Part shown: piece after piece, positions 27,990-41,500 of the stretch
How positions within the stretch are numbered: the first letter of the stretch is position 1
Layout of the letters: each line of letters begins with the position of its first letter
Translations under genes and position numbers: made by a program
Assembly: GCF_006345805.1 (NCBI RefSeq)
Contig: NW_021833426.1
Location: 47,194 to 111,193, forward strand
Reading direction: 5' to 3'
DNA from: Octopus sinensis
Taxonomy: Eukaryota
DNA length: 64,000 nucleotides
The notes under the pieces: generated by a model
Database searches by the model: none
The model's input: the letters and a program-made list of their open reading frames with translations, nothing else
What the model was told of the DNA's origin: nothing

Positions 27990-28143
27990 AGTGGCTGTGT
28001 GGTAAGTAGCTTGCTAACCAACCACATGGTTGCGGGTTCAGTCCCACTGCGTGGCATCTTGGGCAAGTGTCTTCTGCTATAGCCCCGGGCTGACCAATGT
28101 CTTGTGAGTAGATTTGGTAGAAGGAACTGAAAGAAGCCTGTCG
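27990..28143 (+). mobile_element. SINE family A 5' half (3' half at 35430-35620), split by the Penelope-like insertion
   Basis: Head ends at the TA tract; the tail resumes after the TA tract at 35415. Confidence 0.8.
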
Positions 28144-28145
28144 TA

Positions 28146-28176
<31 letters not shown>

Positions 28177-28216
28177 TATTATACTAAAAAGGAAGACAAC
28201 AACAAGAATGGATAGT

Positions 28217-28307
28217 TTTTAGTACGATCGTTTCATACAAGGACAGGTTTTATTAAAAGTTGCAAAGATTACAGCATATAAACGAGTCCCGTACTCATCA
28301 GCTAAAA
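28217..28307 (-). ncRNA. Type I hammerhead ribozyme (inverted pLTR copy)
   Basis: Reverse complement of 30628-30718. Confidence 0.8.
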
Positions 28308-29724
28308 TACATGTAAGTTCTCTAGACATCCTAGTGTTGAGGCTATACTCATGAAGTAATGTAGATAATTAAACAGATTTCTAAAGTTCATTAAAGTTCC
28401 TTAAAGATGATGTATAGTCTTATCACAGAATTTTAAAAAAGTTTTGATAGCATCACAGAGAAGGTGACCTAATCCATATGAATTCCATAGATATGATGAG
28501 GGATTATATACTCACAGAAGACAAATTTATCCATTGTTATTAGCATTACAGAGAGGGTGAATTAATCCTTTGTATATATGCACAGATTCCAAAGGTGTAG
28601 ATGTAAATTTCCAGAGAAATGGAATGAATTTCATATTCACAGGCGATAAATTTTACAATGGTTGAAGCACAATGAGGTAGGTACCAATCCTTGTTATTGA
28701 TTAGGTGTTTGCCATATTAATCACTTACTACTGCTATTCACAAGAGGCTGTAGCTATTTAACTCTTAAAGGTTGAAGGGCTTACTAGATCGGCCAAGAAT
28801 AGAGAAGGGAATAGAAGAAAGAGAGAAAAAATAGAAAATAATGGAGGAGGGAGCAAAAAAGGGGGGAAAAGGGGGACTAAAAGAGACGAGAAAAGGAAAC
28901 AGAGAATAAGAAGAAGAAAAGAAGAAAGAGAAAAGAGAAAGAAATAGGAAAGAAGAGGGAAAAAAGAAAAAGAGAAAGAGGGTTCTAGTTATACAGAGAG
29001 CTAGTAGACTGTAAGTCTGGTTTTTATCACAGGCATCTAAGAGCTGGAGGGGACTATTATTCTTTGACCAGTAAACCGTTAATTTATTGCTGTTGAAATC
29101 AGCTATGAGTTTAAAGAGAATCTAAAGAGATAACACAGTCAGGGGTTAAGGGGTCAGATGCTAAAATCACCAGAAAATACATTAGGAAAATCTAAGTATA
29201 ATCTTCTCAAAAAGTCATTAAAAATAACTTATTTAATTTATTCATTTATTGTCTTAAGGAGTTGTCGTTATTATTCATACATTGACCGACTACAGGTCAA
29301 TCTTATAAGATCATTTACAAGTGTTAGGGGATTGTCTATCCTAATGAAGATAATCATATTATCACCGAGGGAATAGCCTTATTTATTTAATTATGAAATA
29401 GAATTATGGGGCTACAGTAACTAATTATAATTTATTAGAGTTATGCTATTTAAATTAGATTAAGTTAGGAATTAAAATTAAATATTACAATTAAGATTTA
29501 AAATTAAGAATTTAAAAAATTGCGAGTTTGAAATTAAATAAAGCCTCAATTAAGTCGAATAAGTACTATTTCATTTCCCTGTTCTCAAAAAACTGATGTG
29601 ATATAAGGAAAAAGATAAAGATAACTGTAATGTGAGAACTCTTAGTTATCTACTTAAAGCAGTGCTATACTAGTAGAAATCAAGCTATATCTATCTATCT
29701 AGTTGTGATATTCCAATCATTTAA

Positions 29725-30581
29725 AATATTTTAAAGTCTTCAATTTAGCGTGGACACAACTTGACCTAGTTCGATATGGTTATTCAATAAGTTTCTATGT
29801 TTACTATGCTTTAGAATTTCGTACGTCTCCATGGAGCATAGTTGACAACCAACCCTACTATTTTATACGGAATTGCTCTCCTAACTATTTCCCAATTAAG
29901 GGTATAATTTTTGTTATTTTTTTGAGTTCCCAGATTTTGTTTGAAAGTGTGGTGGTACCAGCTTTATGACGTAATTTAAAAGTCGAGATGTGATTTCTAA
30001 CTCTGGCTAAAAAATTAATTGTACAGCCAATGTAAAAAATTTGTTATTCTCCGTGGATATGGTACATTTATAGATTACATTATTTTCCCTACATAGACCA
30101 GGTGCCGGCATTTTGATTTTATTCTACACTTACACACAGGAGGAACAACTTCAGGCCTTGGATTATTCCTGGGTAGATGTTTAAGGTTCCTATTATTTTG
30201 ATTATCATTTCTATAGTTGGTACTGATATCTAAAGTATTGTTATTATTTATTGATCCTTCCGTTTCATCATTTAGGTGTAAAGTCCTACCAGATTTCTTA
30301 TATATTCGTAATGTTATTATTATTGTTAGTCTTTTTATCCAACTGTATATTATTGTTATAGATATCACTGTATTTTCATTCTCCTTATTTTCTCCATTAG
30401 CCTTATTTCTATTATTTCTATTATTAACAATATTACTTCTATTAATATCGGCATTGTTATTATTACTATTAATGTTAATGTTATTAGTCATTCTGTGGTT
30501 ACTAATTTCACCTATGTTTTGATAGTTCCTATTGCTGTTTTTATTGTTGGTAGTATTATTGTTATTGCTATTGGTATTCAT
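29725..30581 (-). pseudogene. Inverted partial copy of Penelope ORF 3' end (Asn-rich linker + GIY-YIG)
   Basis: ORF 30075-30581 has the same N-terminal sequence as 32886-33101 and continues to CKCRIKSKC. Confidence 0.88.
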
Positions 30582-30627
30582 TCTGATATTATTATTTTAG
30601 TATTTTTAGTATATTATTATATTAGTA

Positions 30628-30718
30628 TTTTAGCTGATGAGTACGGGACTCGTTTATATGCTGTAATCTTTGCAACTTTTAATAAAACCTGTCCTTGTAT
30701 GAAACGATCGTACTAAAA
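30628..30718 (+). ncRNA. Type I hammerhead ribozyme in 5' pLTR
   Basis: Stem I ttttag/ctaaaa; core CTGATGA..GAAA; stem II gtacgggac/gtccttgtat; palindromic stem III ACGATCGT; GUA cleavage triplet. Confidence 0.85.
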
Positions 30719-30919
30719 ACCTATCCATTCTTGTTGCTTCTTTCTCGCTTATAATCACCCACATTACTGTATTGTTAAATCAGTATTGTTTTTTTTTTGT
30801 GCATCTAAGTTAGGTACCATATTCAAGTAAATTTTTTAAATTAACTTGATCTTTTGCTCTCTTTGAATATATTCCATACAGTCTGTATGTTTTTTCTGGT
30901 ACTTAATTTCTCAACAAGA

Positions 30920-33753
30920 ATGGAAAAAGTCAACATTAAGTTCTCCCCTAAAGACATCCCCTTACATAGTATAGATGAATATAATTGGCTTCTCATTCAT
31001 AGGATTACCGATTTCATTAGAAGAATCAGGTGGAAAACGTACCATTTTGATGTCAAACAGAAGAAGAAACCTCAGGAAATGAATACCGAAAAGAATTTTA
31101 GAAAGAATTTTTAAAAGTAGAAAAAGCCCACCTCAGAACCCATTCCTGGAGAACTTTGAGAAAGACTTGCTGAATCTTATAGATGATATTAGCTTCAATG
31201 AACACCCGTTAAGGTATAACCCTCACCTTAGACACCTTAGGAACTTTATTCAGTCAACCCGTGCAAACATGGAATCCTAGTACCAGCAGATAAAACGGGT
31301 AATATGTATAGAGTTGATTACGATATTTATAGCAAATTAATTAGGAAAGAACTAACTCCAAATATAAAATTACAACTAAGAACAATTTGAAAAAAGTAAA
31401 CATGGAAATGAAAGAGATCATGGAGAAACTAAATTTAACAGATAGAACGGAGCCACTTAAACCCTGTGAGCCCAGGATCAACCTTAAAGACCACAAAAAG
31501 GACTTCTTGGATAACCCTTCAGTAAGGCTGATCTGTCCAACTAAGTCGGACATTGGCCGACTTAGTAAATCTATCCTGGATACTGTTCTACCCCCAAATA
31601 ACCCCTCTTCTCCCCTTAAACCTATGGCTAAGTACCGACGACGAGTTCTAAAATGGTTTAACTCTCTAACTAATACTAGTAGTCTGTCCTTTATTCAGTT
31701 CGATATTAATAGTTATTACTCTAGCATTTCCCCTATCTTACTCAACAAATCACTAATATTTGCCATGAATCGCTCCCTCATAACTAGAGAAGAAATCAAT
31801 ATTGTGCTACTAGCTAGGAAGACATTTATTGAATTTGAAGATAAATTATGGACTAGAGCAGATACACCAAATTTTTTTGATATACCAATGGGTTCCAGTG
31901 ATTCGGCTGAGGTAACCAACCTAGTAGGCGCATATCTATTAAAATGCATAAGCAAGGATATCCCAGAAATACAGGGGGGTCTATATAGAGATGATGCTCT
32001 GTTTGTTATCCCTAGTAATAATAAATCTGTTATAGAAAGGATTAGAAAGAAAATTAATAAGTTCTTTAAGGATTTCAACCTCAGTATAACGTATGAACCG
32101 GGCACTAAAATAGCTAATTTCCTAGATATTACCCTAGACCTTAACTCCAAGCTACATTACCCATTTAGAAAGGAAGGCGAAGTCACGAATTACGTAAATA
32201 AATTATCAAATCATCCCCCAAATATAATAGAATCTTTAGTAAAAATATTTCATTAAGAATTTCAAAATTATCATCCAATAAGGATATATTTTAACTCCAT
32301 TCTGAGCATTATAATGCGGCGTTAACTAAGGCTGGATACAACCAAAAGATTACATTCGTTGATAGGGAGAACTCACGTATTCCTAATAATGAAGTTATCA
32401 GTAATCAAGTAAGCAGCAAAAAGACCAAACCCGAATAAAAGTAGAATTAAATTAACGGTAAACGCTAATCTAGAGTACAGGCCAACAATTCAAATAGAAG
32501 CATTGACCAGAACATAGGTAACTCGGATAAGATTGAAGTAGATAAACCTAAGATGCACACAAATAAAAATAAAAATAATGGTTAATAAATACATAACTCC
32601 GGTGAGATGAATAGTAGTAATTCTACGAACCCTAAATTTTATAAAAAGATATATTATGGCTGAATATTCCTTTCAACTGTGCGATAACAATCGGATATAC
32701 AGAACAAATTCAAAGTAATTCTGGAAAAAAATTTCCCTATCTCTCATAGATATCATAGAATTATTTCTAGGAAAACAGTTAGGATTTCTTATTCACCCTC
32801 CCAAATATGTCCACTTTAATAGCTAAAATTAATAATAACAACATTAAACTAGCCAGGAAAGATAGAAATAAAATAATATATCAGAATGAATACCAATAGC
32901 AATAACAATAATACTACCAACAATAAAAACAGCAATAGGAACTATCAAAACATAGGTGAAATTAGTAACCACAGAATGACTAATAACATTAACATTAATA
33001 GTAATAATAACAATGCCGATATTAATAGAAGTAATATTGTTAATAATAGAAATAATAGAAATAAGGCTAATGGAGAAAATAAGAGAATGAAATATCAGTG
33101 ATATCTATAACAATAATATACAGTTGGATAAAAAGACTAACAATAATAATAACATTACGAATAATATAAGAAATCTTGGTAGGACTTTACACCTAAATGA
33201 TAAACGGAAGGATCAATAAATAATAACAATACTTTAGATATCAGTACCAACTATAGAAATGATAATCAAAATAATAGGAACTTAAACATCTACCCAGGAA
33301 TAATCCAAGGCCTGAAGTTGTTCCTCCTGTGTGTAAGTGTAGAATAAAATCAAAATGCCCGGCACCTGGTCTATGTAGGGAAAATAATGTAATCTATAAA
33401 TGTACCATATCCACGGAGAATAACAAATATTTTTACATTGGCTGTACAATTAATTTTTTAGCCAGAGTTAGAAATCACATCTCGACTTTTAAATTACGTC
33501 ATAAAGCTGGTACCACCACACTTTCAACAAAATCTGGGAACTCAAAAATAATAACAAAAATTATACCCTTAATTGGGAAATAGTTAGGAGAGCAATTCCG
33601 TATAAAAATAGTAGGGTTGGTTGTCAACTATGCTCCATGGAGACGTACGAAATTCTAAAGCATAGTAAACATAGAAACTTATTGAATAACCATATCGAAC
33701 TAGGTCAAGTTTGTGTCCACGCTAAATTGAAGACTTTAAAATATTTTAAATGA
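30920..33753 (+). pseudogene. Penelope-like reverse transcriptase/GIY-YIG endonuclease ORF, frameshifted as assembled
   Basis: KDIP..FIRRIRWK, PADKT, LKDHK..RLICPTKSDIG, QFDINSYY, PMGSSDSAEV, LYRDD, NFLDITLDL, SNHPP; then CKC..KCP..C, VIYKC..YIGCT..R..NH, CQLC..E. Confidence 0.92.
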
Positions 33754-35178
33754 TTGGAATATTCACAACTAGATAGATAGATATAGCTTGATTTCTACTA
33801 GTATAGCACTGCTTTAAGTAGATAACTAAGAGTTCTCACATTACAGTTATCTTTATCTTTTTCCTTATATCTACATCAGTTTTTTGAGAACAGGGAAATG
33901 AATAGTACTTATTCGCTACTTAATTGAGGCTTTATTTAATTTCAAACTCGCAATTTTTTAAATTCTTAATTTTAAATCTTAATTGTAATATTTAATTTTA
34001 ATTCCTAACTTAATCTAATTTAATAGCATAACTCTAATAAATTATAATTAGTTACTGTAGCCCCATAATTCTATTTCATAATTAAATAAATAAGGCTATT
34101 CCCTCGGTGATAATATGATTATCTTCATTAGGATAGACAATCCCCTAACACCTTGTAAATGATCTTATAAGATTTGACCTGTAGTCGGTCAATGTATGAA
34201 TAATAACGACAACTCCTTAAGACAATAAAATGAATAAATTAAATAAGTAAATTTTTAATGACTTTTTGAGAAGATTATACTTAGATTTTCCTAATGTATT
34301 TTCTGGTGATTTTAGCATCTGACCCCTTAACCCCTGACTGTGTTATCTCTTTAGATTCTCTTTAAACTCATAGCTGATTTCAACAGCAATAAATTAACGG
34401 TTTACTGGTCAAAGAATAATATTCCCCTCCAGCTCTTAGATGCCTGTTGATAAAAACCAGACTTACAGTCTACTAGCTCTTCTGTATAACGAAACCCTCT
34501 TCTTCTTTTTCTTTTTTCCCTTCTTTCCCTATTTCTTTCTCTTTCTCTTTCTTCTTTTTCTTCTTCTTATTCTCTGTTTCCTTTTCTCGTCTCTTTTAGT
34601 CCCCCTTTCCCCCCCTTTTTTGCTCCCTCCTCCATTATTTTCTCTTTTTTCTCTCTTTTTTCTCTCTTTTCTTCTATTCCCTTCTCTATTCTTGGCCGAT
34701 CTAGTAAGCCCTTCAACCTTTAAGAGTTAAATAGCTACAGCCTCTTGTGAATAGCAGTAATGTGATTAATATGGCAAACACCTAATCATATAACAAGGAT
34801 TGGTACCTACCTCATTGTGTTCAACCATTGTAAAATTTATCGCCTGTGAATATGAAATTCATCTCCATTTCTCTGGAAATTTACATCTACACCTTTGGAA
34901 TCTGTGCATATATACAAAGGATTAATTCACCCTCTCTGTAATGCTAATAACATGGATAATTTGTCTTCTGTGAGTATAATAATCCCTCATCATATCTATG
35001 GAAATTCATATGGATTAGGTCACCTTCTCTGTGATGCTATCAAAACTTTTTTAAATTCTGTGATAAGACTAACATCATCTTTAAGGAACTTTAATGAACT
35101 TTAGAAATCTGTTTAATTATCTACATTACTTCATGAGTATAGCCTCAAACACTAGGATGTCTAGAGAACTTACATGTA

Positions 35179-35267
35179 TTTTAGCTGATGAGTACGGGAC
35201 TCGTTTATATGCTGTAATCTTTGCAACTTTTAATAAAACCTGTTTGTATGAAACGATCGTACTAAAA
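35179..35267 (+). ncRNA. Type I hammerhead ribozyme in 3' pLTR
   Basis: Same fold as 30628-30718. Confidence 0.82.
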
Positions 35268-35659
35268 ACCTATCCATTCTTGTTGCTTCTTTCTCGCTTA
35301 TAATCACCCACATTACTGTATTGTTAAATCAGTATTGTTTTTTTTGGTGCATCTAAGTTAGGTACCATATTCAAGTAAATTTTTTAAATTAACTTGAATC
35401 TTTATTGCTCTTTGTATATATATAATATATATATGTGTGTGTTTGTCCCCCTAGCATTGCTTGACAACCGATGCTGGTGGTTTTCGTCCCCGTCACTTAG
35501 CGCTCGGCAAAGAGACCGATAGAATAAGTACTGGGCTACAAAGAATAGTCCCGGGGTCGATTTGCTCGACTAAAGGCAGTGCTCCAGCATGGCCGCAGTC
35601 AAATGACTGAAACATAAAGATTAAAAGAGAGTATATATATATATATATATATATATATA

Positions 35660-35862
35660 GGTTGTGACCGCGTGTGTACCGTTGGCGAATTTTTTCCCCT
35701 GCCTTCCCTTCTCTGGATCTTTCCTTCTCCTATGTTTCCGACGAAGAGCTCCGCTCGAAACGTTAAACCTTCCTTCTTTCCTTCCTTCCTGAGCGTCCAA
35801 TAATACTATATTTGTTCCACGTCCTCGCGTTGTGTTTTTTTGTACTTTCATCTTTGGATTAA
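35660..35862 (+). mobile_element. Short (TA)n-embedded element with minimal hammerhead-like motif
   Basis: gttt-CCGACGA-agagc tcc gctc-GAAA-cgtt-aaac at 35734-35768. Confidence 0.72.
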
Positions 35863-35884
35863 CTATATATATATATATATAAAT

Positions 35885-36313
35885 CCTTAAATCCTTAAAA
35901 TGTTTTAGCCCGAAGGCCGCGGCTGCTGGGCACCACCGCTGAATGAGCTACACTAATATGTGAATCCACCTCTGATACGTGGCACTTGATCAACAGGGAG
36001 TTCGATGCTGCTGCCCGCATCTGCGTCTCCTGTCGTGAGGTAGTTCATCTGGGACTCCCGACAAGAAGAGATCCAGTTTAGTTTTAAAGAAACCCACATC
36101 CACACCATGCAAGTCTCTCAGGCATTTAGGGAGGATGTTAAAGAGCTGTGGTCCTCTGAAACCCAAGCTGTTGCAGTATCTAGTCGTGTATTTTGATGGT
36201 GATGTTGGAATCTTTGGCACCATGCAGTGACGCCCCGTTCTGCGGTTGGGGTAACTTTGAATGCCAAAGTTTGGGACAAGACCCTCCAGGATTTTCCAGA
36301 TGTATATTACCGC

Positions 36314-36315
<2 letters not shown>
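35885..36315 (-). mobile_element. CR1/L2-group LINE 3' fragment (ORF2 C-terminus + 3' UTR)
   Basis: [37 protein letters not shown] is typical of the post-RT C-terminus of this group. Confidence 0.8.
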
Positions 36316-36350
<35 letters not shown>

Positions 36351-37080
36351 ATATTATACATACAGATACATACAAATATGTATATATACACACATATACA
36401 AATATGTATATACACACAAATACAAATATGTATATATACACATATATACAAATATGTATATGCACACATAGACACGCATATATATATATACATATATACA
36501 CACACACACATACTCATATATTATATAGCCTCCAAACATTCAAAAGATTCTTCAAATACAATTCCTGGAATAGAAATGTACATACGGTCACGTGTCCATA
36601 CAACACGTGACACAGACGTAGGTATGGGCATAACGATCGTACATTTATGAGTGTACAGAATACACAAGTATACCATAACATGAGTGGGCATATATATCTC
36701 TCACATGAACCTATATACGCATACATACATACACGCACGCACACACACACACACACACACATGCACACAAACAAACACGCGTGTATATACATACATCTCT
36801 TATCGTTTATCTATTACTTGTTTCAGTCTTTAGACTGCGGCCATGTTGGAGCACCACCTTGAACATTTGTTTTAGTCAAATGAATCGCCCTCAGTACTTA
36901 CACACACACACACACACACAAACATGCACGCATGCATGCACACTCATTCATATATTCATTAATTCCAGCAGCATCCGGTATCGATTTTGTGAAGAATTTG
37001 AATAAATTTCAAGGTAAAACAATACATGCACATGCGGTATATACACTCATATACACGCACGTACACATACTAATATATAT

Positions 37081-37113
<33 letters not shown>

Positions 37114-37327
37114 TTACCACACAACATATATAGATACACGCATATTTAGGTACGAGACTACAACAACCATACACACACGCAAGAAACTGTCTGGTATGTT
37201 AGGACTACATATATACACACACATGCTCAGACACGTGTGTAACCTCGTATAGGGTCTGTAAAGATGGAGTTCGATTAGTAGATCGGTCCAGGGCTCGGAG
37301 AGCTAAGATGAGGTCGATGATGATCTT

Positions 37328-37453
37328 GCAGGCTTCGATCTATAAAAAAAGAAAAACAAGCAAAGAAACAAACACTCAGACTCTAGGATTTTGAGAAGAG
37401 CCCTACTTTCACTTTGTCGGAGGACCTGCACACAAGTGTTCATTGTACATGTT

Positions 37454-37493
<40 letters not shown>

Positions 37494-37632
37494 GCTTCGA
37501 TCTATAAAAAAGAAAAACAAGCAAAGAAACAAACACTCAGACCCTAGGATTTTGAGCGGGGCCCTACTTTCACTTTGTCGGAGGACCTGCACACAAATGT
37601 TTAGTGTACATGTTACGTGTGTGTGTGTGTGT
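37328..37632. repeat. Tandem duplication, ~160 bp unit ending in (GT)n
   Basis: aggcttcgatctataaaaa..gtacatgttacgtgtg occurs twice. Confidence 0.9.
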
Positions 37633-37878
37633 TACAGCCATGCACACATTCACTCTTACACATTGGTTTATATAAGCATACACATACATATTGGTTTCAA
37701 ATTTTAGCACAAGGCCAGCAAGTTCGGTGGGTGGGGTGGATAAGTCGATTACATCGACCCAGTGCATAACTGGTACTTATTTTATCGACGCCGAAAGGAT
37801 GAAAGGTAAAGTCGAATTTGAACAGGGAACGAAACACACACACACAGGGTCTGTAAAAGATGGGAGTTCGATTTAGAT

Positions 37879-37919
<41 letters not shown>

Positions 37920-37944
37920 ATACACACACACACATTCTTAATGC

Positions 37945-38325
37945 TTTTATTTCAGCCATTTGACTGCGGCCATGCTGGAGCCACCACCTTTAGTCGAACA
38001 AGTCGACCACAGGACTTATTCTTTATAAGCCTAGAACTTATCCTATCGGGGTCTTTTCTCGAACCGCTAGGTTACGGGGACGTAAACACACCAACATCGG
38101 TTGTGAAGTGATGGTGGGAGATAAACACAAACACACACACACAAATATACACGCACATATATACGACGTGCTTTTTTCAATTTCCGTCTACCAAATCCAC
38201 ACACAAGGTTTCAGTCGGCCCGAGGCTATAGTAGACTATATTTGCCCAAGATGCCACGTAGGGGGATTGACCCCAGAACCGTGTGGTTGGTAAGCAAGCT
38301 TCTTACCACACAGCCACACTACGCC
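37945..38325 (-). mobile_element. SINE family A
   Basis: Family match. Confidence 0.82.
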
Positions 38326-38335
38326 TGTGTGTGTG

Positions 38336-38361
<26 letters not shown>

Positions 38362-38370
<9 letters not shown>

Positions 38371-39139
38371 TATGTTTTATTGTGTATGTTTATGTATAGG
38401 TATCGATGAATATACCTGTGTGCTTGGATGCAAGTTTGTTAATGTAGAAGCGAATGTACGATTGTATATAATTATAAGTATGCCCATATATAGGCACAGG
38501 CTTGGTCGCGTGGATAGGAAGCTGGCTTCGCAACCACGTGGTTTCAGGTTCGATACTAACTGGGCGACGCTATGAGCAATAAGCCCCGGATTGACCAATG
38601 CGTTCTGAGTGAATTCACAGACTGAAACTGCGGAAACCCGTGTGTGTGTTCGTTTTCTTTCCCCCACACCGGCTCCGGCCTGTAAAAAATTAGAATGGAA
38701 AGAAATAACAGGATTAGTGCCAACCTCAAAAATAAGTAAAGGGTTTCATCGAATAGACTGGCCCCAGTACTTATTTTTGAGGTTGGCACTAATCCTGTTA
38801 TTTCTTTCCATTCTAATTTTTTACAGGCCGGAGCCGGTGTGGGGGAAAGAAAGAAACACACACACGGGTTTCCGCAGTTTCAGTCTGTGAATTCACTCAG
38901 AACGCATTGGTCAATCCGGGGCTTATTGCTCATAGCGTCGCCCGTTAGTATCGAACCTGAAACCACGTGGTTGCGAAGCCAGCTTCCTATCCACGCGACC
39001 AAGCCTGTGCCTATATGGGCATACTTATAATTATATACAATCGTACATTCGCTTCTACATTAACAAACTTGCATCCAAGCACACAGGTATATTCATCGAT
39101 ACCTATACATAAACATACACAATAAACCTAAACAATATA
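38362..39139. repeat. Near-perfect inverted repeat, ~375 bp arms, ~29 bp spacer
   Basis: 38362-38738 is the reverse complement of 38768-39139. Confidence 0.95.
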
Positions 39140-40284
39140 TATATATATATATATATTACACCAACACCTAGTGTCAATAATACACGCTATATATTTGTTT
39201 CTTTATTACATCGACCCCAGTGCGTAACTGGTACTTAATTTATCGACCCCGAAGGATGAAAGGCAAAGTCGACCTCGGCGGAATTTGAACTCACAACGTA
39301 ACGGCAGACGAAATACCGCTACGCACTTCGCCCGGCGTGCTAACGTTTCTGCCAGCTCGCCGCCTTAATACACGCTATATATCGCGTATATCATATATAC
39401 CGACCGACATATAGACGCATATAAAAAGCCCATGCGTATATCTATACGCATTGACAAATATCGTCCTAACGTATAGTGAATATATACACACTCAGTTACA
39501 CACACACACACGTGCGCACATAGAAATATTTATATTTACGAATACATACACATAAGCATACAGAAAGAAACATATACAATTCAAATACATATACACACCA
39601 ATACATATACACTCCGCACTTGTTGAGCTCAATTCCTCCGAGCTCAGCTTTTCCTTTCACCCTTCTTTTGAGGGGCCGATAAATAGAGTACGAGTTTGAG
39701 TACTGAGATCATCTAATCGATAACCCCACCAATCTATCCCCCTAAATTACTCGCCTTGTCCCCAAAAATTCGAAGAATTACACACACACACTCACACACA
39801 CACATATTTACCTACGTACACAAAAAACCGCATGGAGATTAATACATAAGCCTGCAAACACCTCATCGGGTGTAGAGAATTATACCACACACATTATATA
39901 CACATAGAAAATAATGGAATGTGAGAGACCAACCTTGTAATAGAATTATATATTATATTTCCTTATGTAAAATATGACAATGGTTTAGTACACAGTTGGT
40001 CGCGTTGGACCACCCTTAGTTCTGTTCCAACACTGGTCACTGGGCTTCTGTCTACTGGCTGTGTTTACACATCAATACTTGACTTTCTGTGTGTGTGTGT
40101 GTGTGTGTGTGTAGACATCAATTCTAAGTGATTGTGTGTGTGTGTGTCTGTGTGCGTGCGTTTATGTGTACATACAAACTTGGAATTATATATACATGAA
40201 CGGATTTTCATACACACATATGCACACAAATACTAATGTGTCGCACACATTCAAACGCACGCGTGTACATTCATACCCGCCCTT

Positions 40285-41500
40285 ATATATATAGATATAT
40301 AGATATGTGTGTTGTGTGTGTATATATATATGTGCGTCTATATATATATATGTATGTGTGTATATATGTGTTTGTATGTGTGTGTATATATGTATGTGCG
40401 TGCATATATATGTATGTATGTATGTGTGTGCATATATATATATGTATGTATGTGTGTGCATATATATATGTATGTATGTGTGTGCATATATATATGTATG
40501 TATGTGTGTGCATATATATATGTATGTATGTGTGTGCATATATATATATGTATGTATGTGTGCATATATATATATGTATGTATGTGTGTGTATATATATA
40601 TGTATGTATATGTAGGTTTATATATACATATGTATGTATGTATGTGTGTGTACATATATATATATGTATGTATGTATGTGTATATATATATATGTATGTA
40701 TTGTGTATATATATATGTATGTATGTGTATATATATATGTATGTATGTGTATTATATATATGTATGTATGTGTATATATAATATATGTATGTATGTTTAT
40801 ATTATATATGTATGTATGTGTAATATATATGTAATGTATGTATGTGTATATATATATGTATGTATGTATGTGTATATATATATGTATGTATGTATGTGTA
40901 TATGTATATATAAATATGTATGAGTATGTATGTATGTGTATATATATAGATGTATGTATGTATGTCTGTATGTATGTGTATATATATATGTTATGTATGT
41001 TGATTTTTGTGTGTTTATATATATGTATGTATGTATGTATGTGTGTGTATATAGATATGTATGTATGTATGTATGTGTGTATATATATATATGTATGTAT
41101 GTATGTATGTGTGTATATATATATATGTATGTATGTATGTATCTGTGTATATATATATATATGTATGCATGTATGTATGTGTCTATATATATATATATAT
41201 GTATGTATGTATGTATCTGTGTATATATATGTATGTGTGTATATATGCATGTATGTGTGTATATATATATATATGCATGTATGCGTGCATATATATGTAT
41301 GCGTGTATATATATATATATATATGCGTGTGTGTGTGTGTATGTATATATATGTATGTGTGTATGTATGTATGTGTATATATGTATATATATTGTGTGTG
41401 TATATATTGTATGTATGTGTATATATATATATGTGTGTGTGTATGGCCAATATATATATATATCTATATAATATATATAATATATATATAGAGGTTCTGC
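40285..41500. repeat. (TATG/TA/TG)n compound microsatellite
   Basis: Visible. Confidence 0.95.

Larger units (their letters stand above)
28198..35413 (+). mobile_element. Penelope-like retroelement (probably Naiad clade) with direct pseudo-LTRs and inverted 3' duplication
   Basis: RT+GIY-YIG ORF; direct repeats 30625-30865 and 35176-35413; 28198-30590 is the reverse complement of ~32875-35285. Confidence 0.92.

Noticed and set aside
33329-33753. Selenocysteine recoding as reported for some Naiad elements
   Set aside because: Conserved Cys positions here use TGT/TGC; no in-frame TGA at those sites
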